NCBI GenBank assembly: GCA_029287915.1
Contig: JARFQE010000125.1
Location: 18,114-82,113 of the forward strand
Source of the DNA: Arenicellales bacterium
Lineage (GTDB): Bacteria > Pseudomonadota > Gammaproteobacteria > BMS3Bbin11
Direction of reading: 5' to 3'
DNA length: 64,000 nucleotides
Shown: in pieces, positions 38,532 through 47,920 of the stretch
Layout of the letters: every line of letters begins with the position of its first letter
Numbering within the stretch: the stretch's first letter is position 1
The notes under the pieces: model-generated
The model's database searches: none
What the model was told of the DNA's origin: nothing
Seen by the model: only the letters and a program-made list of their open reading frames with translations
Position numbers and translations under genes: made by a program

Positions 38532-39842
38532 TTAATAAGATCGGTCATCCATCAGGTCAGTAATCTTTTGCATTATTTCGGGGGTATCCCAGTGTATACC
38601 TCCCTTTACCCCGTAAACTATCGTTCCATCAGGGGCAATGACAAAAGTTGATGGGAATACCACTACATTCCATAGCGCTGAGACCTTGCCATCGGTATCT
38701 AGAAGTACCGGAAAATCAACATCTACTGCCTTCATAAATTCCCGGATATTATCCCGTTGTTCAGCATAATCAATAGATATCAACTCGAATGGTTTACCTT
38801 TCATCTTTTCCAGTAAGCGATTCAACGATGGAATTTCTTCGACACATGGACCACACCAGCTGGCCCAGAAATTAACAAGTGTAACCTTACCCGTGTAATC
38901 AGTATGATTTACCTTCTCACCCTGTACAGTGAAAAGACTCAGTGGTGACGGTACAGGGTTTCCCTTGAACGGTCTCAGCGATGTATCAAGGTTGCCACCC
39001 GGTGCTGATGATATAGCCTCAACAGGCTGTACCTCTATAGGCGTATGCGTATTTACAAGTAGCTGGTTAGCACGAATTATTTCATCAGGCAGCTTTGTTA
39101 ATAAATTAATAGTTTCCGCCGCAGTATCACCAGCATAGAATATACCGGTAACGCCTGGAAATAATTTTGAATAGACCTGTGCACCTCCCTGCTGAAGTTT
39201 ATCTATCACCTTATGTAACTGCCATCGATTACCGCGACTACCACTTTGAAAAAGCACAACAGGGATATTCGTAGCAGATGCAACCGGTGCAAATAAAGGT
39301 TCAAGACCAAGCTCTGGTATCTTTATAAAGAGTTCAGGTGACAGGAGAATTACCCCGTTCAAATAGATGCTTGCTGACCCGCCCGAATTTGTTTGAATCT
39401 GGCTTAATTTATTTTGACCAGCAGCCTGCTGTTGCTGCCATTTACGGATGCCTCGTAGAGTGGGAATAGAAGCATATGCCCGTGTCATAACAGTCACTTG
39501 CTTGCCGCTAAGAGCATGTGCCTGTGTAATCAAACCTGCTACATATCGACCATCCATATTCCGGAAGGTGCTGGCGGCTTTGGGTAAAAAAAGATTTTCA
39601 AGTAGATCAACATGCCAGAACTCAATCCCTAGTGCTGCAACACCTGCTGCAATGCTGTTGATACGCTCTGGCATCTCATAGCCAGTCGATATAAACAGTA
39701 TTAGCTGGTTGCCCGAGGCAGGATGCCGGTCAACGGAGAATTCTTCTCCAAGAATCTCTATAGACAGGACTTCCTTGGCATCTATAGTCAAGGTCACAAG
39801 GCTGAGCAACAGCAACAGACACATCGAAAATCGATGTTTCAT
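38532..39842 (-). CDS. Secreted two-domain protein: unknown ~290-aa N-terminal domain fused to TlpA-like thioredoxin (WCGPC)
   Basis: Start placed at MKHRFSMCLLLLLSLV (signal peptide). C-terminal NFWASWCGPCVEEIP redoxin domain. Confidence 0.7.
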   Translation of the reverse strand: MKHRFSMCLLLLLSLVTLTIDAKEVLSIEILGEEFSVDRHPASGNQLILFISTGYEMPERINSIAAGVAALGIEFWHVDLLENLFLPKAASTFRNMDGRYVAGLITQAHALSGKQVTVMTRAYASIPTLRGIRKWQQQQAAGQNKLSQIQTNSGGSASIYLNGVILLSPELFIKIPELGLEPLFAPVASATNIPVVLFQSGSRGNRWQLHKVIDKLQQGGAQVYSKLFPGVTGIFYAGDTAAETINLLTKLPDEIIRANQLLVNTHTPIEVQPVEAISSAPGGNLDTSLRPFKGNPVPSPLSLFTVQGEKVNHTDYTGKVTLVNFWASWCGPCVEEIPSLNRLLEKMKGKPFELISIDYAEQRDNIREFMKAVDVDFPVLLDTDGKVSALWNVVVFPSTFVIAPDGTIVYGVKGGIHWDTPEIMQKITDLMDDRSY

Positions 39843-39926
39843 CAGCAGCCCCGCTTTATTACGCTCGCAGATATCATTTAAACACAACAGATAAATCACT
39901 AGTCACATAGATAAAATAATGGCACT

Positions 39927-41153
39927 TCAAGTGCTTAGGCGATTTCTACCCTTCTTCTTGGCACGATACAATGCCTTGTCGGCAATCTTGAGCACCTCTT
40001 CTGGTGTATTGCCTGCTCCCTGATTATCAGCAACACCAATACTAATAGTAATTCGCACAGACCTTCTGACAGAAGCTGGTATTTTGTTAACTGCTTTAGG
40101 CTTGTTCCTTGGTCTGTTTTTTCCACGCACTGTAAAACTTGCCTCGGCGATTGTCTGTCGCAGAGTTTCCAGACAGGGTTTTACATCATCGCGATTCTTT
40201 CCAGCGAAAACCAGTGCAAACTCCTCGCCACCATAACGGTAGGCCTTTCCACCTTTACCTGCATTAGCGATATGCCCGGCGACCATTTTCAATACCTGGT
40301 CTCCAACATCATGACCATAGCGGTCATTAATTTTTTTAAATAAATCTATATCAAGCATGGCAATACTATACAAACTACCAAGCTTATTCATAAACTCACG
40401 CAGGGATCGCCTGCCCGCGAGGCCTGTAAGTTCATCGTGATAAGCAAGGATAAAGCTGTTTCGGAGAATAAAAACCAGCACGACCAGCAGTGCACTGGTA
40501 AATATAAACTCTACTCTTGCCATTGCAGGAAAAAAATACAGAGCCAGGCCTGCTCCTGTTAACAAACTGAAAAAACTACTTTCTACTACGCCCGGCCGGT
40601 AAAACAATAATACAATCAATATCGACATGATAAAAAGATAGAATGCTACCGTGATATCCGGGAAAGGCAGCTTCTGGCTGATTTCCTGTGGAAAGATAAT
40701 AAAGCTTAGCCAGTCTAAATTAAGCAATGTTTGCTCCCCTGCCAGGTACAGAGGAATCAGTGGTAATCCGCTACATAGAAGTAAACGGATAATCCCTCGC
40801 ACAGTAAAAATGCCTCTCTCTTTTATAAACAGAAAGAATACAACGGCAATAAGATAGAGCAGAAAAACCAGTTGTATAAACTTAAATTCATCTATCGGAG
40901 TAAAAAATACAGGGGGTTTCACATCTCCCAGTATCAGTGCCAGGAAAATTGCAGTCAGATATAGAACAAAAAACAGCCTTGTCTGATTAAATGACAGACT
41001 AAGCAGCAAAGTGAAAATTAGCACGGGATAGGGAGCATAGTGCCTGACCACTTCCAGGCCATCAGGTACCTCATCAATCCACGGCAACAGGAACAATGCA
41101 ATGGAAAATATACCCAGCGGTATTAACAGCGTTGATAGAAATGCTTTTATCAT
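39927..41153 (-). CDS. Membrane-anchored diguanylate cyclase (multi-TM N-terminal domain + GGDEF)
   Basis: 408 aa, ~7 predicted TM helices then RYGGEEF with an RxxD-like I-site region. Confidence 0.85.
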   Translation of the reverse strand: MIKAFLSTLLIPLGIFSIALFLLPWIDEVPDGLEVVRHYAPYPVLIFTLLLSLSFNQTRLFFVLYLTAIFLALILGDVKPPVFFTPIDEFKFIQLVFLLYLIAVVFFLFIKERGIFTVRGIIRLLLCSGLPLIPLYLAGEQTLLNLDWLSFIIFPQEISQKLPFPDITVAFYLFIMSILIVLLFYRPGVVESSFFSLLTGAGLALYFFPAMARVEFIFTSALLVVLVFILRNSFILAYHDELTGLAGRRSLREFMNKLGSLYSIAMLDIDLFKKINDRYGHDVGDQVLKMVAGHIANAGKGGKAYRYGGEEFALVFAGKNRDDVKPCLETLRQTIAEASFTVRGKNRPRNKPKAVNKIPASVRRSVRITISIGVADNQGAGNTPEEVLKIADKALYRAKKKGRNRLST

Positions 41154-41193
41154 TGATTACAAAATGTAAACAATCAGATGTCTACAGACTGCC

Positions 41194-41616
41194 TTATTCA
41201 GGATATTCTGAAAAGACAGGGAGATTACCTGCCGGGCACGACCATAACGCGCGCGAATCCCAGAAGATGCGATGCTGTGGCAATACGGGTAATTCGCCAT
41301 CCGCTGATCCGGCTGGTACAAGAACTGCATCAAGTTGCGAGATTTCTCTAGGCATCGGGCTACCGCACTTTGAGCAAAAACAGTTATAGAACCTGTTTGC
41401 CTCGGGCACCTTGTAACGAGCTAGCAATGACTCTCCCCCGGTCCAGTTCAAGCTTGATTGGGGAGACACCAGAATATTGCTTGCATGCCCCGTACCTGTT
41501 GCTTTACGACATCGTTGACAATGGCAGTGGGAAAAACGCTTGAGGTCACCCTCTATATCATATTTTACTGAACCGCAGAGGCAACTGCCGCTAAACTTTA
41601 TTTGCGTCATTATCAC
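41194..41616 (-). CDS. GFA-family (glutathione-dependent formaldehyde-activating / CENP-V-like) zinc protein
   Basis: 140 aa, CLCGSVKY...CHCQRCRK and CFCSKCGSPM Zn-binding cysteine pattern. Confidence 0.85.
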   Translation of the reverse strand: MIMTQIKFSGSCLCGSVKYDIEGDLKRFSHCHCQRCRKATGTGHASNILVSPQSSLNWTGGESLLARYKVPEANRFYNCFCSKCGSPMPREISQLDAVLVPAGSADGELPVLPQHRIFWDSRALWSCPAGNLPVFSEYPE

Positions 41617-41919
41617 TACCTTTTTATATGATATTACAACGATATATTCATCTGCTTGTATAACACTCTACTGTTTCTTTTCTAACTGAGCAATCACATC
41701 CTCCAGTCTGCCTTCATCGACCATGGCTCGCAAGGGTGTCATCTGAAGTGCAGAATGCTCGTTTTCCAGCAAGGGAAATAAATCTACAAAACGTACAGCC
41801 CTGTGTGCTATTTCGCTGTCTTGCTGCAGTAATGATTAACGCTTGATGGAATCGAATACCTGCTTACATTTTGGGCAGATTTAATTGCTAATACAGCTCT
41901 GTACATACCCGGCGCCTTA

Positions 41920-42390
41920 TCAGTCCAGTTTGTTTCGGCTATCAGTGACAGCTGTTCTGTCATCACCAGCTATAGGATCATCATGCATTAATAAAGGCTC
42001 ATGGCCGGCTCGCCGGCGTAGCCAGTTTATAGACTTCATTACTGGACCACGATCCACTATCCAGCGCTCCAGCTTATATTTACCAGGAAAGTTCATCATC
42101 ATCATGCCAATAAACATGGTGAATAATCCCTGTCCAGGAAAAAAGATCATGATTACACCTGCGCAAAACAGAATCAGGCCAATTACATTCTTGATTACCA
42201 GCACTACAATGCGTAACAAAGGCGGGTATCTTACAGGTGGCGTCGGGTGACGTTTCTTATACACAAAATAATCAGCCGGGATACGTACAACAATAATCGG
42301 CACTAATATAAGTGAGGCAAAAAAAGTAAACGCTGATGTCGCAACTAACCACCAGATTATCGTTTCATTACTCTGTATTAAATCAATCAT
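41920..42390 (-). CDS. Small membrane protein, PGPGW-like family
   Basis: 156 aa, two TM hairpins, FFPGQGLF motif resembling PGPGW. Weak assignment. Confidence 0.5.
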   Translation of the reverse strand: MIDLIQSNETIIWWLVATSAFTFFASLILVPIIVVRIPADYFVYKKRHPTPPVRYPPLLRIVVLVIKNVIGLILFCAGVIMIFFPGQGLFTMFIGMMMMNFPGKYKLERWIVDRGPVMKSINWLRRRAGHEPLLMHDDPIAGDDRTAVTDSRNKLD

Positions 42391-42762
42391 TCTCTTAATC
42401 GATTTATCTTAATTAAAAATATTTCATCCGCTGAGTGCCAATAATCTTGTCCAGTATTATTTATGCAGAATTTATTATCATACATTGATACAGAATTGAA
42501 ACCAAAGCTATACTGCAGAATCCTTACGATGCATTTTTATAACGCTGTGATAAAAAAATTCGGGATACCTGCCCTGTTTATTTATACAGAGACTGATATT
42601 ACCCGCGATGGGATCAATAAATAGACATTAATATTGTCGGTCATTATGCATGACCAGATATCTTTACTTCACAGGTCAATATCCAGTTGCCGGTGTCTGC
42701 TTAAAATAGAATAAAAAAAACCGTCTGGTAAGCTAAAAACGTGACAGCCATTTTGTTGCCGA

Positions 42763-43149
42763 TCATTTAGTGCCCTGGCCTTCAATGGTCTCAAGGATAG
42801 ACATATATTGCTCAATGGTTTCTTTCTCTGTCTGCTTGTCTGCCACTGATATAAACCGCCTGATTTCTTCCAGTGCTTCATCTGTTTGCTGCAACCGCCA
42901 AAGCGCATTGAAGAGTGCTATGGAATACTGACCTGAGCCCGGTTCGATTGATACCAGGCGTTCGAAAACAACTTTTGCTTCTTTCAGGTTATTGTCAACG
43001 AAATATGCACCACCCAGCATCAGTAATGCAGCAATATTATCCGGTTCTTCTTTTAGAACTGCCAGCAGGCACATCTGCGACTCTTCTTTCTTGCCAGCCT
43101 TTGCCAGAGAGCGAGCATTATTTAGTATTTTCTCAACATCCAGCGACAT
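42763..43149 (-). CDS. Tetratricopeptide-repeat protein
   Basis: 128 aa, about three TPR-like helical pairs (AKAGKKEESQMCLLAVLKEEPDNIAALLMLGGAYF...). Confidence 0.6.
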   Translation of the reverse strand: MSLDVEKILNNARSLAKAGKKEESQMCLLAVLKEEPDNIAALLMLGGAYFVDNNLKEAKVVFERLVSIEPGSGQYSIALFNALWRLQQTDEALEEIRRFISVADKQTEKETIEQYMSILETIEGQGTK

Positions 43150-43187
43150 AATCAGTTATCAATATAATATTTTTGCTATAAAGAAAT

Positions 43188-43871
43188 TTATTTTATTGCA
43201 GAAAGCTCTACTAGTGGATCGAGATAAGGCTCAGCCGAATTTGCTGCATGACCAAAGCATGCCAGATAAGCCTCTTGCTCATCTTTATCAAGTTCAGAAT
43301 AAGACTCAGGGATATCAACATAATCAAGGGAGAAAATGACCTTGTCACCCTGTTCTGTATCAGTACACTGTTCATAGAGAAGCACATTTGATGCATCAAA
43401 CTCCCTGACACTGTGAAGATTATTCCTGTAATAATGAAGGATGATCAGTGCTTCAGACGGGGATGTTCTGCGCGATGGAAGATAAGTCGCCGTGTATTCT
43501 CTTTTAATCCTGTTTTCATCGTCATATATGAACAAATCAATCATATGAAAGTCATTCGAAAACTTTAATTCCCATTTAACAATACTAAGCAGCTGCCTGC
43601 TCTCTCTATCGAAATACTTAACTTCTCGATAATACTCAGGTTCATTGGTAAGCCCACCATAGCCACCAATATTTTCCATTGTATAATAATCACTATTATC
43701 CAGCCTTTTCTTATGTACAGTATATAATTTCTCGGCAAAACTATTCCACAGCTGGTGTCGCATCTCGAGGCCAACAGGTAATGAAGTATCGCCAGCCGCA
43801 AACGTGTTCGTGACTGTCAGTAAAATTATGAGATGCATCACGAATCTGCTGTGATTTCTTTTTTTTGACAT
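43188..43871 (-). CDS. Hypothetical secreted protein (227 aa)
   Basis: Signal peptide (HLIILLTVTNTFAAG), Tyr/Glu-rich; no recognisable family; co-oriented upstream of the TPR gene. Confidence 0.5.
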   Translation of the reverse strand: MSKKRNHSRFVMHLIILLTVTNTFAAGDTSLPVGLEMRHQLWNSFAEKLYTVHKKRLDNSDYYTMENIGGYGGLTNEPEYYREVKYFDRESRQLLSIVKWELKFSNDFHMIDLFIYDDENRIKREYTATYLPSRRTSPSEALIILHYYRNNLHSVREFDASNVLLYEQCTDTEQGDKVIFSLDYVDIPESYSELDKDEQEAYLACFGHAANSAEPYLDPLVELSAIK

Positions 43872-44096
43872 TTATAACCAGCTCATTTATTAGAAAAAAG
43901 CATCTTAACTAATAACCCAAAAGTTATACTGTCGATTGCCGGAATCCAGTAAGATATTTATTAATTTATGGCCTTCTGATCTACGCGATTTTTATCTGTA
44001 ATGATGACAATAAACAGGGTTGTAAGTTAAATAATGGAAAAAATCGACCCAGGCAGGTTAATCACGCCGTCACATATGGTTACGTGATATTTTAAT

Positions 44097-46043
44097 TTAT
44101 GCTGCCAGCAATCTAGAGGGCCTGTCTACCAGGTAACCCTGAACATAATCTATACCAATTGCACCGAGAATTGCCAGCTGAGTTTCGGTTTCCACTCCCT
44201 CTGCGACTGTTTTCATGCCAAACCCATGGGCTATCGTATTAATGGCCTCGAGAATCGACCGATTTGCCGAGTCTTTCTCAATATTCCGAATAAAATGGGC
44301 ATCTATCTTGATTATATCCAGTGGCAAAGTTTTCAGATAACCAAATGATGACAGCCCTGTGCCGAAATCATCAAGAAAGAAATGACAACCGAGCCCATGT
44401 AGTACATTCATGAACTGAATTGCAGATGTAGCATTTCTAATTGCTGCTGTTTCAGTGATCTCGAAACAGAGATGTTCAGGATCAACATCATAAATTTCAA
44501 GCCCTGTAATAATAGAATCCAGCAGTTCGCGATTTCCCAGACTCATGCCAGACAGGTTAATAGAATAACTTCGCCTATCATTATCATGAGCCATGAACTG
44601 GATTGTTTTACGAACGACATAAAGATCGATTTCAGTGATCAGGTTATATCGCTCAGCTGCCGGAATGAAGTGTGCTGCAGGAACAATTTCTCCATTCTCC
44701 TCTTCATAACGAACAAGAATCTCACTGTGTGCAATGCCATTTTTCATCGACCTTATATCCTGACTGAACAGAACAATCCTGTCGTCATTCATCGCGTGAC
44801 GTAAACGTGAAGTCCAGTCCATCCCTTCCCTGCGTAATTTTGTTTCCTCACTTGTCTCCTCAGACACCTGTATGCGATCACCACCTTTTTCTTTGGCAAC
44901 ATCACAAGCGATATAAGCATCGGACCAGATCGATTCGACATTATCCCTGCTAGCTGTGACCGGTACGATGCCAATGCAGGCAGTAATATCATAACTCCTG
45001 TCTAACCATTCAAAACGATTGCTAGTGATACCGTCCAGTATCTGTCGGGCAGTGGATTTCACTTCCTCAATACTCTTATTCATTAGAAGAATTACAAACT
45101 GATCACTACCGACTCGGTCAATAGCAATATCATCGCCAACTGATTCACGCATGTGTGCTGCCAGCTGTCTAAGTAGTTCATCGCCAGCAGTCTGTCCCGA
45201 AGTGTTATTGACGATATTGAACTGGTCAATATCGAGATACAGTAAGGCATGACTTGCATCATTTTGTCTCGCATCATCAATGAGTGCCTGAATCTGTGAT
45301 TCGGCTTCATAGCGATTGCCGAGTCCGGTAAGGGGATCATGGCAGGCCTGCCATAGCAAACGCCTGCTGTGATGGGAATCAATTTGATAGGCAAGCCAGG
45401 CAATACTAAAACCGGTAACAATAGCTATAACAAGCAACCATGCCAGGATCGTCCGGTAACTATCCATGAATTCTAGCGCTACTTGTGTTGAGGAAGTTGA
45501 CGAGTCAACCAGCATTTCCCTCATCATCATCATATCAGGGTAGAGTTGCCTGCGATTTGGCTCCAGCTCAGTAGCAATTAACTCTAGTGCTTTATCCTGC
45601 TGACCTGAAGTAGCCAACTCTATAATTTGCTGCTGCAGAGTATAGCCCTTTCTATTCATTGCAATTATATGGTCGAGGATTTTACGCTCTTCTTCATTTA
45701 AACGCTTTGCCACGAGTTCGTTTCTGGCAGATAAATAATGAGTTGCCAGGGCATAGTGTTTCTGGATAATTTCATCCTGATCAAACGGATCACTGGCAAT
45801 CACCAGGTCGCGTAATAGCACTGAACGCTGCCGCGAGTGGTGGACCATTTCATCAAGCAGGCGAAGCTTTTCAATATTGAGCAGTGATCGCTGTAGAAAC
45901 TCTTTTTCAATCTTATGCAGGCTATAAATGCCCAGTAAGCTAATTAATACTATCAGGATAAGCAGCAGGGCAAATACCCAGGTAACAGGATATTGATACC
46001 AGAGACGCGCTCTGGTTATAGAAGAAATTTGATCTTTATGCAT
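44097..46043 (-). CDS. Membrane sensor with degenerate GGDEF domain and EAL phosphodiesterase domain
   Basis: 648 aa. Two TM helices bracket a ~170-aa periplasmic helical sensor domain. The GGDEF position reads RVGSDQF (degenerate). EAL domain with EITE...DDFGTG...KIDAHF motifs. Confidence 0.85.
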   Translation of the reverse strand: MHKDQISSITRARLWYQYPVTWVFALLLILIVLISLLGIYSLHKIEKEFLQRSLLNIEKLRLLDEMVHHSRQRSVLLRDLVIASDPFDQDEIIQKHYALATHYLSARNELVAKRLNEEERKILDHIIAMNRKGYTLQQQIIELATSGQQDKALELIATELEPNRRQLYPDMMMMREMLVDSSTSSTQVALEFMDSYRTILAWLLVIAIVTGFSIAWLAYQIDSHHSRRLLWQACHDPLTGLGNRYEAESQIQALIDDARQNDASHALLYLDIDQFNIVNNTSGQTAGDELLRQLAAHMRESVGDDIAIDRVGSDQFVILLMNKSIEEVKSTARQILDGITSNRFEWLDRSYDITACIGIVPVTASRDNVESIWSDAYIACDVAKEKGGDRIQVSEETSEETKLRREGMDWTSRLRHAMNDDRIVLFSQDIRSMKNGIAHSEILVRYEEENGEIVPAAHFIPAAERYNLITEIDLYVVRKTIQFMAHDNDRRSYSINLSGMSLGNRELLDSIITGLEIYDVDPEHLCFEITETAAIRNATSAIQFMNVLHGLGCHFFLDDFGTGLSSFGYLKTLPLDIIKIDAHFIRNIEKDSANRSILEAINTIAHGFGMKTVAEGVETETQLAILGAIGIDYVQGYLVDRPSRLLAA

Positions 46044-46473
46044 CCTTCATTCGCTATTCTATTTCTTCCTTATGGATGTCATGACGAATAGATATGCAAA
46101 ACAAAAACATACTTCATCTCTATTTTATATTCTTTTTATGTAAGTTTAGCCCTTTTAAAAAGAGCTATGTCCGAGTAAATGTACCACTGATCAGTTAAGG
46201 TGAACTTTTTTCCATGATAGGTTCCCTGATCCTGATGTCATTGACGATCATTGCAACGATAACGAGCAACAGAATTGTAGTTGAGAAAGTATACATACAT
46301 GATCGGTTTAAACTTGAACACTCATTCGTTTGTGATCAGTTTCTACCCGGAAGAAGATCGATTGGTAGTCATCGCTATATTCGATAGCTAATTCTCAGAA
46401 TGCTAACGGATATTAAGCTGCAGGTATCCTATCTAAATATGGGCAATAAAAGAGAATGAATATAGGCGGTATA

Positions 46474-47619
46474 TCAGTTAGATTTATGCAAATTTCGTAA
46501 ATACACTTTCTCAAATAGAGATTTTGCCCAGTGCATCGGTGTCATGGCTGGCATTACCACACCACGAGTTTCACTACGATATACCAGGATACCTTTATCC
46601 AGCGTATCGACAATACATATCAGCTCCACCTTGAATTTTGCAGTAGCGGCTTTGCCTGCCACGTTCAGTACAATATTTTTTGCAGCTGCCTTTGCCTGCA
46701 GGTCCGCCATATGTGCCTGCTTTGGCATCCAGTCGGGGCCAGGATAACTTCCTGCATCGCCTGCCACATAGACACGCTCCATGCCAGTGACCTGAGCCCT
46801 GCCATCAGCTTTGATGAAACCACCTTCTGACTGCGAAAGTGGTGAGTTCTTTATCCAGGCTGGACCAGTCATGCCCGGCATGAACAAAATAAGATCTGCA
46901 GCTATTTCACCCCCTTCTGTTTTTATAATATTATTCTCGAAGGACTGAATCTTATGTCCAAGATGGGTGTCGATCCCACGTTTTTTCATTTCTGCCAGTA
47001 AACCTTTGACGGCTTTTTCACCAAGTCGCTTACCAGGCTGTGGAGCAGGACTAAAAAACAGTAGCCTGAATTTGTCACGTTTACCCTGCTTCCTCAGCCA
47101 GGTATCCAGACCAAACAGCAGTTCAAACACTGGACCACCGCGCATTGCGGAAGGCTCTTTAGGGTTGCCTCCAAAGCCTAAAGCAATCGTACCACCCGGC
47201 AGTACATTTATCTTCTTGCCCATTTTCTCAGCTGCTGATATCCCTTCACAAATGGTAATTACGTTCTCAATACCTGGTAGCTTTTTAATGTAACGCCCAC
47301 CTGTTGCAATCAATAGTGCATCATTTTCAACGTCGCCATTATCAGTTTTCAGCACTCTGCCATCGTCTGATATTCCGGTTACGCTGCCTCGCAGGAAATT
47401 CACATTCAAATCATTTAACAAAGGCTGGATATCAAAACGGAGGTCATTCCCTTGACGCAGCCCATAGGGCACCCAGATCAAGCTCGGCAGGTAAATAAAT
47501 TCTGGTTTTGGCGCCACCAGCGTTAGTTCAGCATCAGGTAATTGCTTGCGTAGTTCTTTCAAACCGGTTAATGCAGCAAAACCAGCACCGGCAACAGTAA
47601 TCTTTACAGCTGAAGTCAT
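46474..47619 (-). CDS. sqr: Sulfide:quinone oxidoreductase-family flavoprotein
   Basis: 381 aa. Rossmann VAGAGFAALTG. ENVITICEGISAAEKMGKKI aligns with the SQR Cys160 region of Aquifex/Acidithiobacillus SQR, ELICIVDTLDKG with the Cys356 region, and HWAKSLFEKVYL with the C-terminal amphipathic segment. Confidence 0.75.
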   Translation of the reverse strand: MTSAVKITVAGAGFAALTGLKELRKQLPDAELTLVAPKPEFIYLPSLIWVPYGLRQGNDLRFDIQPLLNDLNVNFLRGSVTGISDDGRVLKTDNGDVENDALLIATGGRYIKKLPGIENVITICEGISAAEKMGKKINVLPGGTIALGFGGNPKEPSAMRGGPVFELLFGLDTWLRKQGKRDKFRLLFFSPAPQPGKRLGEKAVKGLLAEMKKRGIDTHLGHKIQSFENNIIKTEGGEIAADLILFMPGMTGPAWIKNSPLSQSEGGFIKADGRAQVTGMERVYVAGDAGSYPGPDWMPKQAHMADLQAKAAAKNIVLNVAGKAATAKFKVELICIVDTLDKGILVYRSETRGVVMPAMTPMHWAKSLFEKVYLRNLHKSN

Positions 47620-47920
47620 TGTATTATCCCTGCGTTGAATAACCTTAGAATACTAATCAGGCAGTCAATGCCCGGGTATATTTAAAGCCAAATTGAGGTA
47701 GCAATTTTACGTTAATTTTATACACAAATTTCTGAGTAATTTTCAATTATAATAAAACATACGAACACAGTGGGCTGATACTACAATATATTAAAGAAGC
47801 AATTAAAGAAGTAGAACGAATAGATTATGCTGGCCTAAAGTTATAGACGGGATAACGAAAACCGGGGGAGCAGTAGCTTACGGTTATTTTGTTAACTGCA
47901 AAAGTTGCAGCCTGGCCAGA

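Noticed and set aside
46200-46360. ~50-codon hydrophobic ORF (MIGSLILMSLTIIATITSNR...) in the AT-rich 46044..46473 intergenic region
   Set aside because: No SD, AT-rich context, no homology I can recognise. Possibly a small membrane peptide, but it is unsupported.
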